A DNA stretch of 64,000 bases from Parcubacteria group bacterium (GCA_041659505.1 JBAZYF010000001.1:253274-317273), one strand, 5' to 3'. Shown: positions 9,477-19,169, counted from the stretch's first letter. The notes: a model not told the origin generated them from the letters alone. Numbers and translations: made by a program.

Positions 9477-10979
9477 CTAATCAACAGTCAACCCAAGTGG
9501 TGAAGCTGGAGCGATCACATCCGAATCAAGCAACAAGAGAGCACGATAAGCGTTGATTCGGCGACCGCCGACGCTGGTGCCATCATCTATTTGCTTGATA
9601 GTAGTAAGCCCAGATTTCACGTCTCCGGTGTTTAAAATTGCACTTTTAACTTGTGAGACCGTGAGCGTTTGATCATATCCCCAAAGCATCGCCGCCAGAC
9701 CAACGGTATAGGGAGCGGAAAATGAAGTTCCATCACCTGAAGCATAATGATACACACCATCCGGATCGTAATATAAGCTATAAATATTTTCCCCCGGTGC
9801 AACAATGTCCACACTGTTTGTTCCGAAGTTGGAAAAAGTTGCCAAAGCATCATTTTGATCTGATGCGCCGACACAAATGACATTGGTCAAAGTCGCACTA
9901 AAATTACATGGATAAACCGGAATGGTGTCATTGTCTGAAGCATCATTTCCCGCCGCCGCAATGACCAGACCGGAAAAACTGGCAATCGCATTTCTCATCA
10001 GGATATCGACGCCGCCATTTTCACCAAAACTCATATTGATAATCTTTGCGCCATTCTCCTGGGCAAACTGCACCGCCTTGACGATTGTCGCTGTGTCAAA
10101 CTCGGCAATGTGCCCGCTGCTTTGTCCATCGGCTTTTAGCGACATCAATTTAACATCGGGAGAAATACCGGTGATTCCGGTGCTATTATTAATCGCTGCC
10201 GCTATTATCCCTCCTGTCATCGTTCCATGTGTATCCATCAGTGCATCAAAAGGATCTTTCTTGTCATAATCAAAATCGTAGCCATACAAGCAATCACCTA
10301 AAAAAACACCGTCCTCATCTTTGCAAAGTGATCCGTCCCATAGATTATTCACATCAAGATCGGGATGCGTATAGTCAAATCCCGTATCGATGTCCGCCAC
10401 AATAACCGGATTTTTTTCTGAATCCGGATCATTCTCATATTTATCCCAAGCCAAGAGCCAGTGGATATCCGCCCCGCTCGTACCCGCAGTTGAGCTGACC
10501 GTTTGCCCGGTATTGTTCAGTCCCCACATGCTTGGCCAACTAGTGTCATTTGGCGGAGTGATTGCCAGGCTTTTGTAAATATAGTTCGGCTGGGCCGTTT
10601 CTACCGCTGAATTTTTTTGCAGTTCTTCCACTTTCTCATCTACCGTTGCGTTGTCGCGGATCTCATAGAGAAAAACTGTGTCCGTGATTTTTTCCTGCTC
10701 ACTAACATTCGCTATGTCTTCTAAATTATTTTTCTTAATCGCTCCCGCCTCTGTGCCTGGATCAATTTTTTCTATTTTATACTCAACCAAAATTTCACCG
10801 CTCCTTTGCGCTGCAGGATTTTCCCCGTCCAATAGAACGGGAGATATCACATCGGCTGTCTCTTTTTTAAAATATTCCGCCAAAATAAAACCGCCAGATA
10901 TGTTTGGACTTACTAGAAGTGAAAACAGCAGCAGAAAAAAAACTATTCTTCCTCCCACCTTTTTGTTTTTGATTTCCAT
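9477..10979 (-). CDS. Secreted subtilisin-like serine peptidase (S8 family)
   Basis: Catalytic triad motifs VADIDTG (Asp), HGTMTGG (His) and GTSFSAPYTVG (Ser); signal peptide. It ends ...DVIAPASPLGLTVD. Confidence 0.9.
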   Translation of the reverse strand: MEIKNKKVGGRIVFFLLLFSLLVSPNISGGFILAEYFKKETADVISPVLLDGENPAAQRSGEILVEYKIEKIDPGTEAGAIKKNNLEDIANVSEQEKITDTVFLYEIRDNATVDEKVEELQKNSAVETAQPNYIYKSLAITPPNDTSWPSMWGLNNTGQTVSSTAGTSGADIHWLLAWDKYENDPDSEKNPVIVADIDTGFDYTHPDLDVNNLWDGSLCKDEDGVFLGDCLYGYDFDYDKKDPFDALMDTHGTMTGGIIAAAINNSTGITGISPDVKLMSLKADGQSSGHIAEFDTATIVKAVQFAQENGAKIINMSFGENGGVDILMRNAIASFSGLVIAAAGNDASDNDTIPVYPCNFSATLTNVICVGASDQNDALATFSNFGTNSVDIVAPGENIYSLYYDPDGVYHYASGDGTSFSAPYTVGLAAMLWGYDQTLTVSQVKSAILNTGDVKSGLTTIKQIDDGTSVGGRRINAYRALLLLDSDVIAPASPLGLTVD

Positions 10980-11027
10980 AATTTAATTATACCACGAGTT
11001 TCCCTACCGAGAGATAAAGGCTTCCAT

Positions 11028-11048
11028 AGAGGCCTCTATTTTTTGCCT
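11028..11048 (+). repeat. 24-bp palindromic repeat, copy 1 (AGGCTTCCATAGAGGCCTCTA)
   Basis: Family consensus is TAGAGGCYTCTATRGARGCCTCTA; this copy is followed by a T run. Confidence 0.55.
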
Positions 11049-11152
11049 GCACCTGATCCCATCAAGCTAAATACATAAAAAAACTCCCCTGCAGCGTAAT
11101 ACAAATTATTGTTCGCTGAGGGGAGGGTGATCGTAATATATTATGGTCCATT

Positions 11153-12364
11153 TTAATCCCAATCATTGATTATTCCGAAAATTTTATCGAGCCTGTTTTT
11201 GATGTCTTCAAAATTCCCGCGCAACTCATGAAGGGGAATCTTTGCATTCAACACATCAGCTTCCTTTAGCCCCTCTGCCAGATCTAGCGTGTCGTTGAAA
11301 ACTTCAATTCCGCGCAAGATACTTTTTATAACCAGGTCAGTCGCTGACTCCAATTTTTTCCCCTTGCTCTTCTTGCTTCGGCGCTCCTTAACCAAGCCCT
11401 GTTTTTCCGCCTTTAGCCTAACAAGCAGATTGAGAGCATTGGGATGAATAAACTCTTTCTTCCTTTCCTTTTTCAGATTTTGGATTATTTCATAGACTGC
11501 GGACTGGTTTTCTTTCTTGTAATCAACCAGTACCAACGCCTCTCCCTTGGTCAATTCACGCTCTGCAAGCATTTTTATGTAACTCGGGAGCAGATCCAAG
11601 TAACGCCGGATTCTCTGGATGCTTGCAACCGGCTTTCCCATCGCAACGGCGATATCCTCATCTGACAGTTTAAACTCTTCTTCCATGCGCAGTATCGCCA
11701 GAGCCTCCTCGATCGGTGTAAGTGCGACTTTGTTGGCATTATCAGTCACGCAACGTAAAAATATCTGTTTGTCATCCTCAATCTTATAGACCAGGCAACT
11801 GACATGACTGATTCCCGCTTCTTTTGATGCGAGTGATCTTCGCTCTCCTCCAATAATCAATCCGTATGGCATACTGTCGGATTCTTTCCGAATGACAATT
11901 TTTATCGGAGAATCCACGTCGCCGTTGAGCTTGATGGATTTTGCAAGCTCTTTGATTTCTTTTTTATCAAAAAAGATTCGTGTTTGCCGCTTAAGGGGAA
12001 CCAGAAAAGCAAGCGGAATTCTAACTCTGGTCCCTAAAATCAGATTGTCCAATTCGTCGCGTGAGTTGATAGTGTAATAACCATTCTCGCTCAAAGATCT
12101 CAGGCAACCGACTCTCCACTGGGATCTTTTTTGCATTTCAGCAAAATCAACCGGCGCCATTCCGTTTTTAACCCGAAATTTTTTGATCTTTTTCTTTTCC
12201 CCCCTTTCTTCTCTTTGGGCAGCTCTTCTCGCTTCCCTATCCGCTCTTACATCCTCATCCTCTTCTGTCTCATTGAAAGTCCCAGTTCCCTCCTCATTGA
12301 TTTCCTTTAAACTATAGCCTCTTTCAATGTCTTTGAGGATGCTTCCGATATCTCCTTGTTTCAT
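11153..12364 (-). CDS. ParB/Srx-like nuclease-domain protein (orphan ParB-like)
   Basis: ParB box II-like GGERRSLASKEAG, followed by HTH-like segments and charged low-complexity N- and C-termini. No parA is adjacent. Start taken at MKQGDIG; the track start 12469 is an alternative. Confidence 0.65.
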   Translation of the reverse strand: MKQGDIGSILKDIERGYSLKEINEEGTGTFNETEEDEDVRADREARRAAQREERGEKKKIKKFRVKNGMAPVDFAEMQKRSQWRVGCLRSLSENGYYTINSRDELDNLILGTRVRIPLAFLVPLKRQTRIFFDKKEIKELAKSIKLNGDVDSPIKIVIRKESDSMPYGLIIGGERRSLASKEAGISHVSCLVYKIEDDKQIFLRCVTDNANKVALTPIEEALAILRMEEEFKLSDEDIAVAMGKPVASIQRIRRYLDLLPSYIKMLAERELTKGEALVLVDYKKENQSAVYEIIQNLKKERKKEFIHPNALNLLVRLKAEKQGLVKERRSKKSKGKKLESATDLVIKSILRGIEVFNDTLDLAEGLKEADVLNAKIPLHELRGNFEDIKNRLDKIFGIINDWD

Positions 12365-12526
12365 TATGCCTTCTCCTTTCAATAAATGGGTTGATATTTT
12401 AAAGAGCCGTTTATAATCAAAAGTTTTCCTCCCTATATCAAACCTAGCGTAGAAAATTAGAAAAGGCAAGAAATCCCCAATTTAATATAAAAACCAACTG
12501 ACTAAGACTGGTAAGAGATATTGATT

Positions 12527-12550
12527 TAGAGGCCTCTATAGAAGCCTCTA
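12527..12550 (+). repeat. 24-bp palindromic repeat, copy 2 (TAGAGGCCTCTATAGAAGCCTCTA)
   Basis: Near-perfect 24-bp palindrome made of two 12-bp palindromic half sites. Confidence 0.55.
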
Positions 12551-12641
12551 AAATTGCAAAAAAAATAACCCACCTCTCACCGTCGACAGTTGTCATTGGT
12601 GAAGGGTGGGTCTTGGTCGTTTTTACTCTCTTGTGGAACGA

Positions 12642-13541
12642 CTAATCCACAAGGCCGTGACCAGTCAATCGCTCGAGCGCTTCCAGATAGCGCGCTCTGG
12701 TTTGCTGGATGATTTCCACCGGCAAATTCGGCGCCGGGGAATCCCCCTTCCAACCGATTGATTTCAAATAGTTACGCAGGGGCTGTTTATCAAAGCTGTT
12801 TTGGCTACGCCCGATTTGATAGGTCGCTTTCGACCAAAAACGAGAGGAGTCTGGAGTCAGCACTTCATCAATGAGAATGAGCTCGCCTTCGTACCAGCCA
12901 AGCTCAAACTTGGTGTCAGCGATAATAATTCCGCAATGCAATGCGTGCCTTGTTGCTTTTTCAAAGAGCCCTAGGCAGATGTCAGCAACTTTGTCAGTGT
13001 TTTTTACTCCGACAATTTTTTGCATCTGCTTAATTGAAATATTTACATCATGTTTTCCTGCTTCGGCCTTGGTCGATGGCATAAAAATAGGCTCGGACAA
13101 TTTTTCTGATTCCTGAAGACCAACCGGCAATTCATGCCCGCAAACCACTCTATTTTCCAGATAGGCTTCCCAGGCTGAACCAGAAATACACCCCCGCACA
13201 ATACATTCCACCGGAAGCGGAGCGGCTTTACGAACCAACATACTTCTCCCAATGAGTTGCTCTTTGAAGGAAGCACAGACCTTGGGGTATCTGTTGACAT
13301 CTGCCGTAATTAGATGGTTGGGTACGATATCACGCAAGTAATCGAGCCAGAAACTTGACATTTGATTGAGGATTACCCCTTTATCCGGTATAGGATCAGG
13401 CAATACTTCGTCAAAAGCGGATATGCGATCAGTGGCGATCATTAAGTTTCCCGCGTACTTAAGATCATACATATCGCGGACTTTCCCACGAGAAACAAGT
13501 TGGAGTCCCGGTAAATAACTTTCAAACATTGGTTGTGTCAT
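12642..13541 (-). CDS. purC: Phosphoribosylaminoimidazole-succinocarboxamide synthase (SAICAR synthetase)
   Basis: RGKVRDMYDL...LMIATDRISAFDEVLP, the SAICAR synthetase signature. Confidence 0.9.
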   Translation of the reverse strand: MTQPMFESYLPGLQLVSRGKVRDMYDLKYAGNLMIATDRISAFDEVLPDPIPDKGVILNQMSSFWLDYLRDIVPNHLITADVNRYPKVCASFKEQLIGRSMLVRKAAPLPVECIVRGCISGSAWEAYLENRVVCGHELPVGLQESEKLSEPIFMPSTKAEAGKHDVNISIKQMQKIVGVKNTDKVADICLGLFEKATRHALHCGIIIADTKFELGWYEGELILIDEVLTPDSSRFWSKATYQIGRSQNSFDKQPLRNYLKSIGWKGDSPAPNLPVEIIQQTRARYLEALERLTGHGLVD

Positions 13542-14125
13542 GCGCGTTCTCCTTTCATTTTTTCTCTCTGTTTTCGCCCGATTTCAAGTGCTTCGCTCAT
13601 TGAACGTCGGACGGCCGGTTTTTGCTCTTTTAAAGTAATGATGGGATAGATTCCGGAAGCTGCATCTTGCGCAGCCCGCAAACATCCCTCCGCTCCCACG
13701 TAATCATTAAAAACTACTTCGGAACCGGGCAGCTCTGTAATACTTCGGATTGCTGTTTGGGTGTGTACCAAATTTTTTGGATCCACGATGGCTACGCCAA
13801 AAATCACGATATGACTGTCTTTGAAAAGATTCCGCAAAAAGGCATTTGCACAACCAGTCAACTGGTTTGCCCAGCCGGCACCGACAATGATGGAATCAAC
13901 TTGCCCGATTAAAATCGGAAGTCTGATTAAAACATCAAGTGGATTTCTATGGATACTGTTTGTCCACTCGTCGAAAAGCCTGACCCGGCCATCATCGGCA
14001 AGCTGCAGCAAAAAATCATGTGCTTCAACTGCCTGCTCCAGATCAGAATCGGAACCAAACATGGTCGCGATTCTCGGCACCTCAATTCTCCGCATTCCTT
14101 CAGGAACTACAAATGAGTTTGTCAT
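13538..14125 (-). CDS. purE: PurE-family protein (N5-CAIR mutase or AIR carboxylase)
   Basis: ATMFGSDSDL and IIVGAGWANQLTG match the PurE motifs (GSxSD, GAGxAAHLPG); 4-bp overlap with purC. Confidence 0.7.
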   Translation of the reverse strand: MTNSFVVPEGMRRIEVPRIATMFGSDSDLEQAVEAHDFLLQLADDGRVRLFDEWTNSIHRNPLDVLIRLPILIGQVDSIIVGAGWANQLTGCANAFLRNLFKDSHIVIFGVAIVDPKNLVHTQTAIRSITELPGSEVVFNDYVGAEGCLRAAQDAASGIYPIITLKEQKPAVRRSMSEALEIGRKQREKMKGERA

Positions 14126-14158
14126 ACTTCATTTTCTCCTTTTCAGTTTCATTATTTG

Positions 14159-15619
14159 CTAAAGTTTATTCCCAGCTTCACGATGAGCGATTGAAATTGC
14201 ATTGCCGAGATAGTTTTCTGGCAATGTGAGATATGAGTCGATACCGATATCGGCGTCTGTCATCTTTCGTAACATATCAGTAGTAATTTCTGCATGCTCG
14301 CGTGAATAGTCCAGCACTGCATCAATAAAAGTCCCATCATTAGAAGCCTCCACTATTGGAATAATTTCTTTATTGACAAGATGGTGCGCATCGGGTACTC
14401 CTTCGCGTTGCAAAAAAAGATGAACCAGTTCCGCCACGACCAGTTTGCCTTGAACATCAAAGTTTTTCCGACATTTTTCTGCATCGATCCTCATACTTTT
14501 AAGCACTCGCTTGGCCGTCAAAATTTGCTGAAAAGCATAGACGGCAATAGCCGAGTAGCTTCGCATTACATTTGACCAGCGCAGGTCGCGTTGCAAATCA
14601 CTCACAAGTGTCATTGCGACTTTCATAAACTCTGCGATAACAGACACATGCATTCCGGCCATATTTTCGGCCGCAATTGGATTGGATTTTTTATGTGACA
14701 TTGCTGATGAAGATGAACTTTCGCTCACCACTTCACCAAACTGCGAACTTTGCAAAATCCTGGTGTCCTCACCAAGATTTGCCAGCGCTCCAGAAAGAAG
14801 CACTAGCTCGGAATAAAATCTGGCCATCCCTTCAGGCGGAGCTATCTGAGTACTAACTTCCGCAACCGGAAGTTCTAAAAAATCCATTAAAATTTTTTCA
14901 CCCCATCTGTCTTTTATGAGTGCTCTTTGCGAAGCCGATGTGCCAACCGCCCCGCTAAATTTTCCCGGAACTTCTTTTGATAATACTGTCAATCTGCGTG
15001 CGGAGTTCACATAACGATTGTGCAAATTCGCCAACCAAAAACCTGCAGTAACTGGTAGTGCGGTTTGCAGATGCGTTCTGCCCGCCATAAGCACCTCAGC
15101 ATTTTCTCCAATCCTGTAGCGCCATAATTCGTCCAACTCGTAGAGCTCAGGCAAAAAAACATGCTCAAAAGTAACCTTGAGTTGGAGTGCATAGGCGGTG
15201 TTAATGATGTCATAAGAAGTTGCGCAAAAATGCAACCAGCGATGTAATCTCATTGGTAAAAATACGCGCATGAGCGCAAGCAGAGCTAATATATCATGAT
15301 TAATTCCCGGCTCTCTTTCTTTAGCATCTTGCTTTGTTGTGGTAATTAGGAAGAGCATTTTAATCAACAACTCGTCGGTTAAAAGTTTTGCGTCTTCTTT
15401 CGGCATAACACCGATAAGTGCAAGTACCTTCATCCAAAACCATTCCACGAGGATAAGCCAGCCAGCCCACTGATCATAGCCAAGATAGGGCTTGAGTTTT
15501 TCTGGCTGGTATCTGGGATCCCCTGGCATTTGCAAATTACGTCCATTTTTACCTGATAATCTGTAAAGAATTGTCAGTGCATTTCTCAGATTGTCTTCCA
15601 TAGTTTCCCATCCTTTCAT
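14159..15619 (-). CDS. purB: Adenylosuccinate lyase
   Basis: Fumarate-lyase signature SSAMSHKKSNP and GRTHLQTALPVT. Confidence 0.85.
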   Translation of the reverse strand: MKGWETMEDNLRNALTILYRLSGKNGRNLQMPGDPRYQPEKLKPYLGYDQWAGWLILVEWFWMKVLALIGVMPKEDAKLLTDELLIKMLFLITTTKQDAKEREPGINHDILALLALMRVFLPMRLHRWLHFCATSYDIINTAYALQLKVTFEHVFLPELYELDELWRYRIGENAEVLMAGRTHLQTALPVTAGFWLANLHNRYVNSARRLTVLSKEVPGKFSGAVGTSASQRALIKDRWGEKILMDFLELPVAEVSTQIAPPEGMARFYSELVLLSGALANLGEDTRILQSSQFGEVVSESSSSSAMSHKKSNPIAAENMAGMHVSVIAEFMKVAMTLVSDLQRDLRWSNVMRSYSAIAVYAFQQILTAKRVLKSMRIDAEKCRKNFDVQGKLVVAELVHLFLQREGVPDAHHLVNKEIIPIVEASNDGTFIDAVLDYSREHAEITTDMLRKMTDADIGIDSYLTLPENYLGNAISIAHREAGNKL

Positions 15620-15811
15620 TTTTGGGTTTTTCGGCCAAAAGCCATCTCTAATCGATTTTATATTCCTAAATTGTCAAAAAACAAGCCAGACTTAGTCCGG
15701 CCCTCCTTATGCATAACCTAGCGTAGAAACGAAAAAAAAGCAACAAATGACCCAGGCCACCAAAAAAACGCACCGATAATTAATACAAAGCATATTCAGT
15801 CCAAACCCTAC

Positions 15812-16423
15812 TCATTTTATCCGAGAAACGTTTTTTTGGAAATCATCAAAAGTTGTGTATAAAAAAGATTGCCAACCCAGCTTCTTGGCAGAAATCACAT
15901 TGACTTCTTCGTTGTCCCAAAACATAATTTCTGCCGGCTTAATTCCTTCGATTTCACCAAGATCCTGATGGATAAATTCAAAGAATTTTTTATCCGGTTT
16001 CTTATGCCCTATTTCTGCCGAAGAATAAATTTTATCAAAAATTCTATCAAAACCCATATTGCTTTTCATATACTCTGTTCGATATTTTTCCTGCTGTGTC
16101 CCTAAGTAACATTTAATACCTAGCTCTTTCAGCCTTTTTATCTCATCAATCATTCTTTCATCAATATAGTGTTCGGCCTTAAACCAATAATCAAGCAAGT
16201 CCTCGACTGTCCCGCGCCATTTCCAATCATCGAGCAGTGGTCTCAATTCTTCCTTGAGATCAGCTTTGCCCACCAAGCAATCCTGAAATTTATCCCGAAA
16301 AAATGCCTGGACAACATTACTGGAGACTCCAAATTCTTTCTCATATTGAACGCTGAAATAGCTCGGTGAATCTATCACCACGCCATCCGCATCAAATACG
16401 ACTGCTTTTATGCGTTTCTTCAT
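15812..16423 (-). CDS. HAD-superfamily hydrolase
   Basis: MKKRIKAVVFDADGVVIDS is HAD motif I (DxDG); start chosen at MKKRIK, one nucleotide after the upstream small gene's stop. Confidence 0.8.
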   Translation of the reverse strand: MKKRIKAVVFDADGVVIDSPSYFSVQYEKEFGVSSNVVQAFFRDKFQDCLVGKADLKEELRPLLDDWKWRGTVEDLLDYWFKAEHYIDERMIDEIKRLKELGIKCYLGTQQEKYRTEYMKSNMGFDRIFDKIYSSAEIGHKKPDKKFFEFIHQDLGEIEGIKPAEIMFWDNEEVNVISAKKLGWQSFLYTTFDDFQKNVSRIK

Positions 16424-16424
16424 A

Positions 16425-16595
16425 CTATTTTTTCTTCCAATCACTAATCTCAACCTTACCATGACCCTTGTCGATGATGGAAAGTTTTTGTTTTTCCTTC
16501 CAGCCGTATTTCTCCACGATCTCTTTGGGAATCGTCACGGAAAAACTATACGCACTGGATTTTTTGAGCTTGTGAACATTTTTTTGTTCGGACAT
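16425..16595 (-). CDS. AbrB/MazE/SpoVT-family small DNA-binding protein (56 aa); below the ORF-track length cutoff
   Basis: Manual translation: MSEQKNVHKLKKSSAYSFSVTIPKEIVEKYGWKEKQKLSIIDKGHGKVEISDWKKK, a looped-hinge-helix (swapped-hairpin) motif. Its stop is one nucleotide before the HAD start. Confidence 0.55.
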   Translation of the reverse strand: MSEQKNVHKLKKSSAYSFSVTIPKEIVEKYGWKEKQKLSIIDKGHGKVEISDWKKK

Positions 16596-16800
16596 ATTTT
16601 TTTAATTTTAGGGACTTCTATTTCTTTCTCCCATTTTATCACCGCCAAGGCTAAAACACAAAAAACTCCCACCAAGTAGATATTCTTGCTTTTGGCTCCG
16701 CGATCCGCCGGCAGATTTAAGCTAGTTTAAATAAAAAGCGGTCTGACTATATAAGCCCTACCGCTTTAAAATGAACATTCTTAAAACTAAAAGTCCTCAT

Positions 16801-17667
16801 CTAAAACTGTGCTACCGGGAGAACTTTTGCTAATTGCCTAACTTGGTTTTTGTGGATGATGAGCATATCATGCTTTCGCCGATATTTTTCCTTGCTAATT
16901 ACAGGAATGTATTCCTCCCACCAGGATTTTTTTTCGTTAGGTTCAAAAAACCTATAGCCCAGCTTTTGGGAAATACCAATCACCGGACTTGAATCCCAAG
17001 GCGTTTCCCAGAAAGGAGCCAATAGCAGTGCGCCCACTTCTCCCATCCAAAGACGGGCCGCCCACGTTCCGATACTCCCACCATCGATCGATATCGACTT
17101 AAAAGCATTAATCGTTTTCTGGGAAACTTGTGAATATTTACTTTCACGTTCCCGCAAAAGTATATATAATTCCCCAAGATCAACTTCCGGCGGATCAGGG
17201 TTCAGCTTCTCGTACATTTCTAAATCAGTAATTCTCCAGGCGCTGGAAGATTCAGGACGATAGCCAAAAATTTCCCGACTGTTAACATCACCCACATATG
17301 CGGAAACAATAATGCCATTAACAACAAGTGCCACCATTGAACCAACCCCGTGAGATTGACGCCTGATGTAGGCTTTTGTCCCATCAATTGGATCAACCGT
17401 AAAATAGGCGTCTGATTTATTACTTCCCTGTACAACCAAAAAATTTTCTTCACCAACAATTCCGATGTCCGGGAAACATTCCTGGAGAGATTTCACATAT
17501 GATTCCTGCGCCAACGTATCAGCTGTAGTGAAGAAATCATCCATCTCTCCGCCATATCCCATTTTTCCATTAACCTCGAAACTCATAATTTGCCGCCGAG
17601 CGATAACCATGGCCCTTCGTACGAGCTCCTTTAAAATGATCCCTACTGCATGTCCATTAAGATCCAT
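16801..17667 (-). CDS. Inositol monophosphatase/CysQ-family phosphatase
   Basis: DPIDGT and GEEN motifs of the IMPase family. Confidence 0.8.
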   Translation of the reverse strand: MDLNGHAVGIILKELVRRAMVIARRQIMSFEVNGKMGYGGEMDDFFTTADTLAQESYVKSLQECFPDIGIVGEENFLVVQGSNKSDAYFTVDPIDGTKAYIRRQSHGVGSMVALVVNGIIVSAYVGDVNSREIFGYRPESSSAWRITDLEMYEKLNPDPPEVDLGELYILLRERESKYSQVSQKTINAFKSISIDGGSIGTWAARLWMGEVGALLLAPFWETPWDSSPVIGISQKLGYRFFEPNEKKSWWEEYIPVISKEKYRRKHDMLIIHKNQVRQLAKVLPVAQF

Positions 17668-17811
17668 CTGTCTCTCCTTTCGATTTACCGTTAATAAAAA
17701 TATTAGCCATCTCTCATTAAAAATGGTTTTTTGTTAAAATGCTAGATTTATTATTTAACCACTAACAGCCCAAAAAAGCAAGCGGGAAAATATCTGCTAA
17801 ATATTTTATTT

Positions 17812-17835
17812 TAGAGGCTTCTATAGAGGCCTCTA
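17812..17835 (+). repeat. 24-bp palindromic repeat, copy 3 (TAGAGGCTTCTATAGAGGCCTCTA)
   Basis: Flanked by T runs on both sides, so it is shaped like a bidirectional terminator. Confidence 0.55.
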
Positions 17836-17888
17836 TTTCTTTTTTAATCTTACCCCAATCGTAGCAAAAACACAAAAGAACCCGGCGC

Positions 17889-18980
17889 TTAATAATCCTT
17901 ATATCCCGCATCTTTCAAGTCCTTTTTCGCAGACTTGAGAAACTTTCCAAATTGGCGGTTTTTTTCTTTTTTTTCCAGTCCCGTCATTCCATAGTGCTCA
18001 GTTTCTTTTTTGAGACTGATATAGTTAGCATAGCGTCCTTCATCTAATTGTCCGGAATCTAGCGCCAAAAGCACCGCACAGCCCGGTTCGTGTAGATGCG
18101 TGCAATCGATAAATTTACAATTTTGCGCGAGGGAAGTTATTTCATCAAACAAATTATCAACGCCAGCATTCGCATCAGCCATACCCACTTCACGTACTCC
18201 GGGGTTATCAATCACGATGCCGCCCTGGGATAAGAAATACATTTCTCTAGCAGTTGTCGTATGCTTGCCTCTGCCAGAGCGCACTCCAATGCCCTCGATT
18301 CTCACGATATCTTCTCCGAGTAACCTATTGATGAGCGAAGATTTGCCGACTCCGGATGAGCCTAAGAAACAATAGGTCTGGCCTATGGTGATAAATTTCT
18401 TGAGTTCCGCCAGGCCTTCATCAGTCAATGTGCTGGTTGCGATAACTTTGACGTCTTTCAGTCTGTTTTTAATTTCATTGATTTTCAATTCCAGTTCTTC
18501 TCGGGAAAGCAGATCAATTTTATTGAGAACAACTGCGCCCTGGATGCCACCGGAATTTGCAAGAGCGAAATATCTTTCAATGCGGTTTAGATTATAGTCC
18601 CGAGAAACGGACTCGATGACCAGCGCCACGTCGATATTGGCCGCGATAATTTGCGTTTCCCGCTTTTCACCAGTTCTATTCTTATCTCCAGTTTTTCTTT
18701 TCAACAAGGTTTTCCTTGGCAATATCTTGCGAATCATAGCCTGGTCTTGACCAACTTCATCAAGTGCCACCCAATCGCCCACCGCGGGCAAATCTTCTTT
18801 TGAAACTGCCTCAAACATTTGTTTTCCGGTAACCTTTGCCAAGTATTCACCGCTGACATTTTTGACCTTGTAACCTCCTTTATGCTGAGCAGTCACACGC
18901 GCCACGGCAAAATCAACCAGTCCGAGCTTCACTCGGCTAGTTTCAAAAAAAGCATCATAACCCAAATCTTCGTTTTGCAT
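17889..18980 (-). CDS. rsgA: Ribosome small-subunit-dependent GTPase A
   Basis: G motifs GSSGVGKSSLIN and DNPG, plus the C-terminal zinc finger CKFIDCTHLHEPGCAV. Confidence 0.9.
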   Translation of the reverse strand: MQNEDLGYDAFFETSRVKLGLVDFAVARVTAQHKGGYKVKNVSGEYLAKVTGKQMFEAVSKEDLPAVGDWVALDEVGQDQAMIRKILPRKTLLKRKTGDKNRTGEKRETQIIAANIDVALVIESVSRDYNLNRIERYFALANSGGIQGAVVLNKIDLLSREELELKINEIKNRLKDVKVIATSTLTDEGLAELKKFITIGQTYCFLGSSGVGKSSLINRLLGEDIVRIEGIGVRSGRGKHTTTAREMYFLSQGGIVIDNPGVREVGMADANAGVDNLFDEITSLAQNCKFIDCTHLHEPGCAVLLALDSGQLDEGRYANYISLKKETEHYGMTGLEKKEKNRQFGKFLKSAKKDLKDAGYKDY

Positions 18981-19006
18981 TTTTTAGTCAGTTAGTTTAT
19001 TTTAGC

Positions 19007-19030
19007 TAGAAGCTTCTATGGAAGCCTCTA
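19007..19030 (+). repeat. 24-bp palindromic repeat, copy 4 (TAGAAGCTTCTATGGAAGCCTCTA)
   Basis: Matches the family consensus. Confidence 0.5.
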
Positions 19031-19107
19031 GGCCTTTCTTTTATTCTACCTCTGTCGAGGTAAAAACACAAAAATATATCCGGACAAAGATGTCCATTTG
19101 TTTTCTT

Positions 19108-19154
19108 AAAAAAATAGAGGAGTGCGACTATGTTCATAGCCGCACTCCTTTTTT
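19108..19154 (-). terminator. Intrinsic terminator of purF (bidirectional hairpin)
   Basis: aggagtgcgactatgttcatagccgcactcct flanked by an A run and a T run. Confidence 0.6.
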
Positions 19155-19169
19155 CAAAGTGTATCTTTT

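Noticed and set aside
9265-9520. Shared C-terminal IAPASPxGLxV as a sorting signal (LPXTG, PEP-CTERM, GlyGly-CTERM and the like)
   Set aside because: No following TM helix or basic tail, and the proteins end immediately after the motif. Domain truncation or a short conserved tag is more likely.
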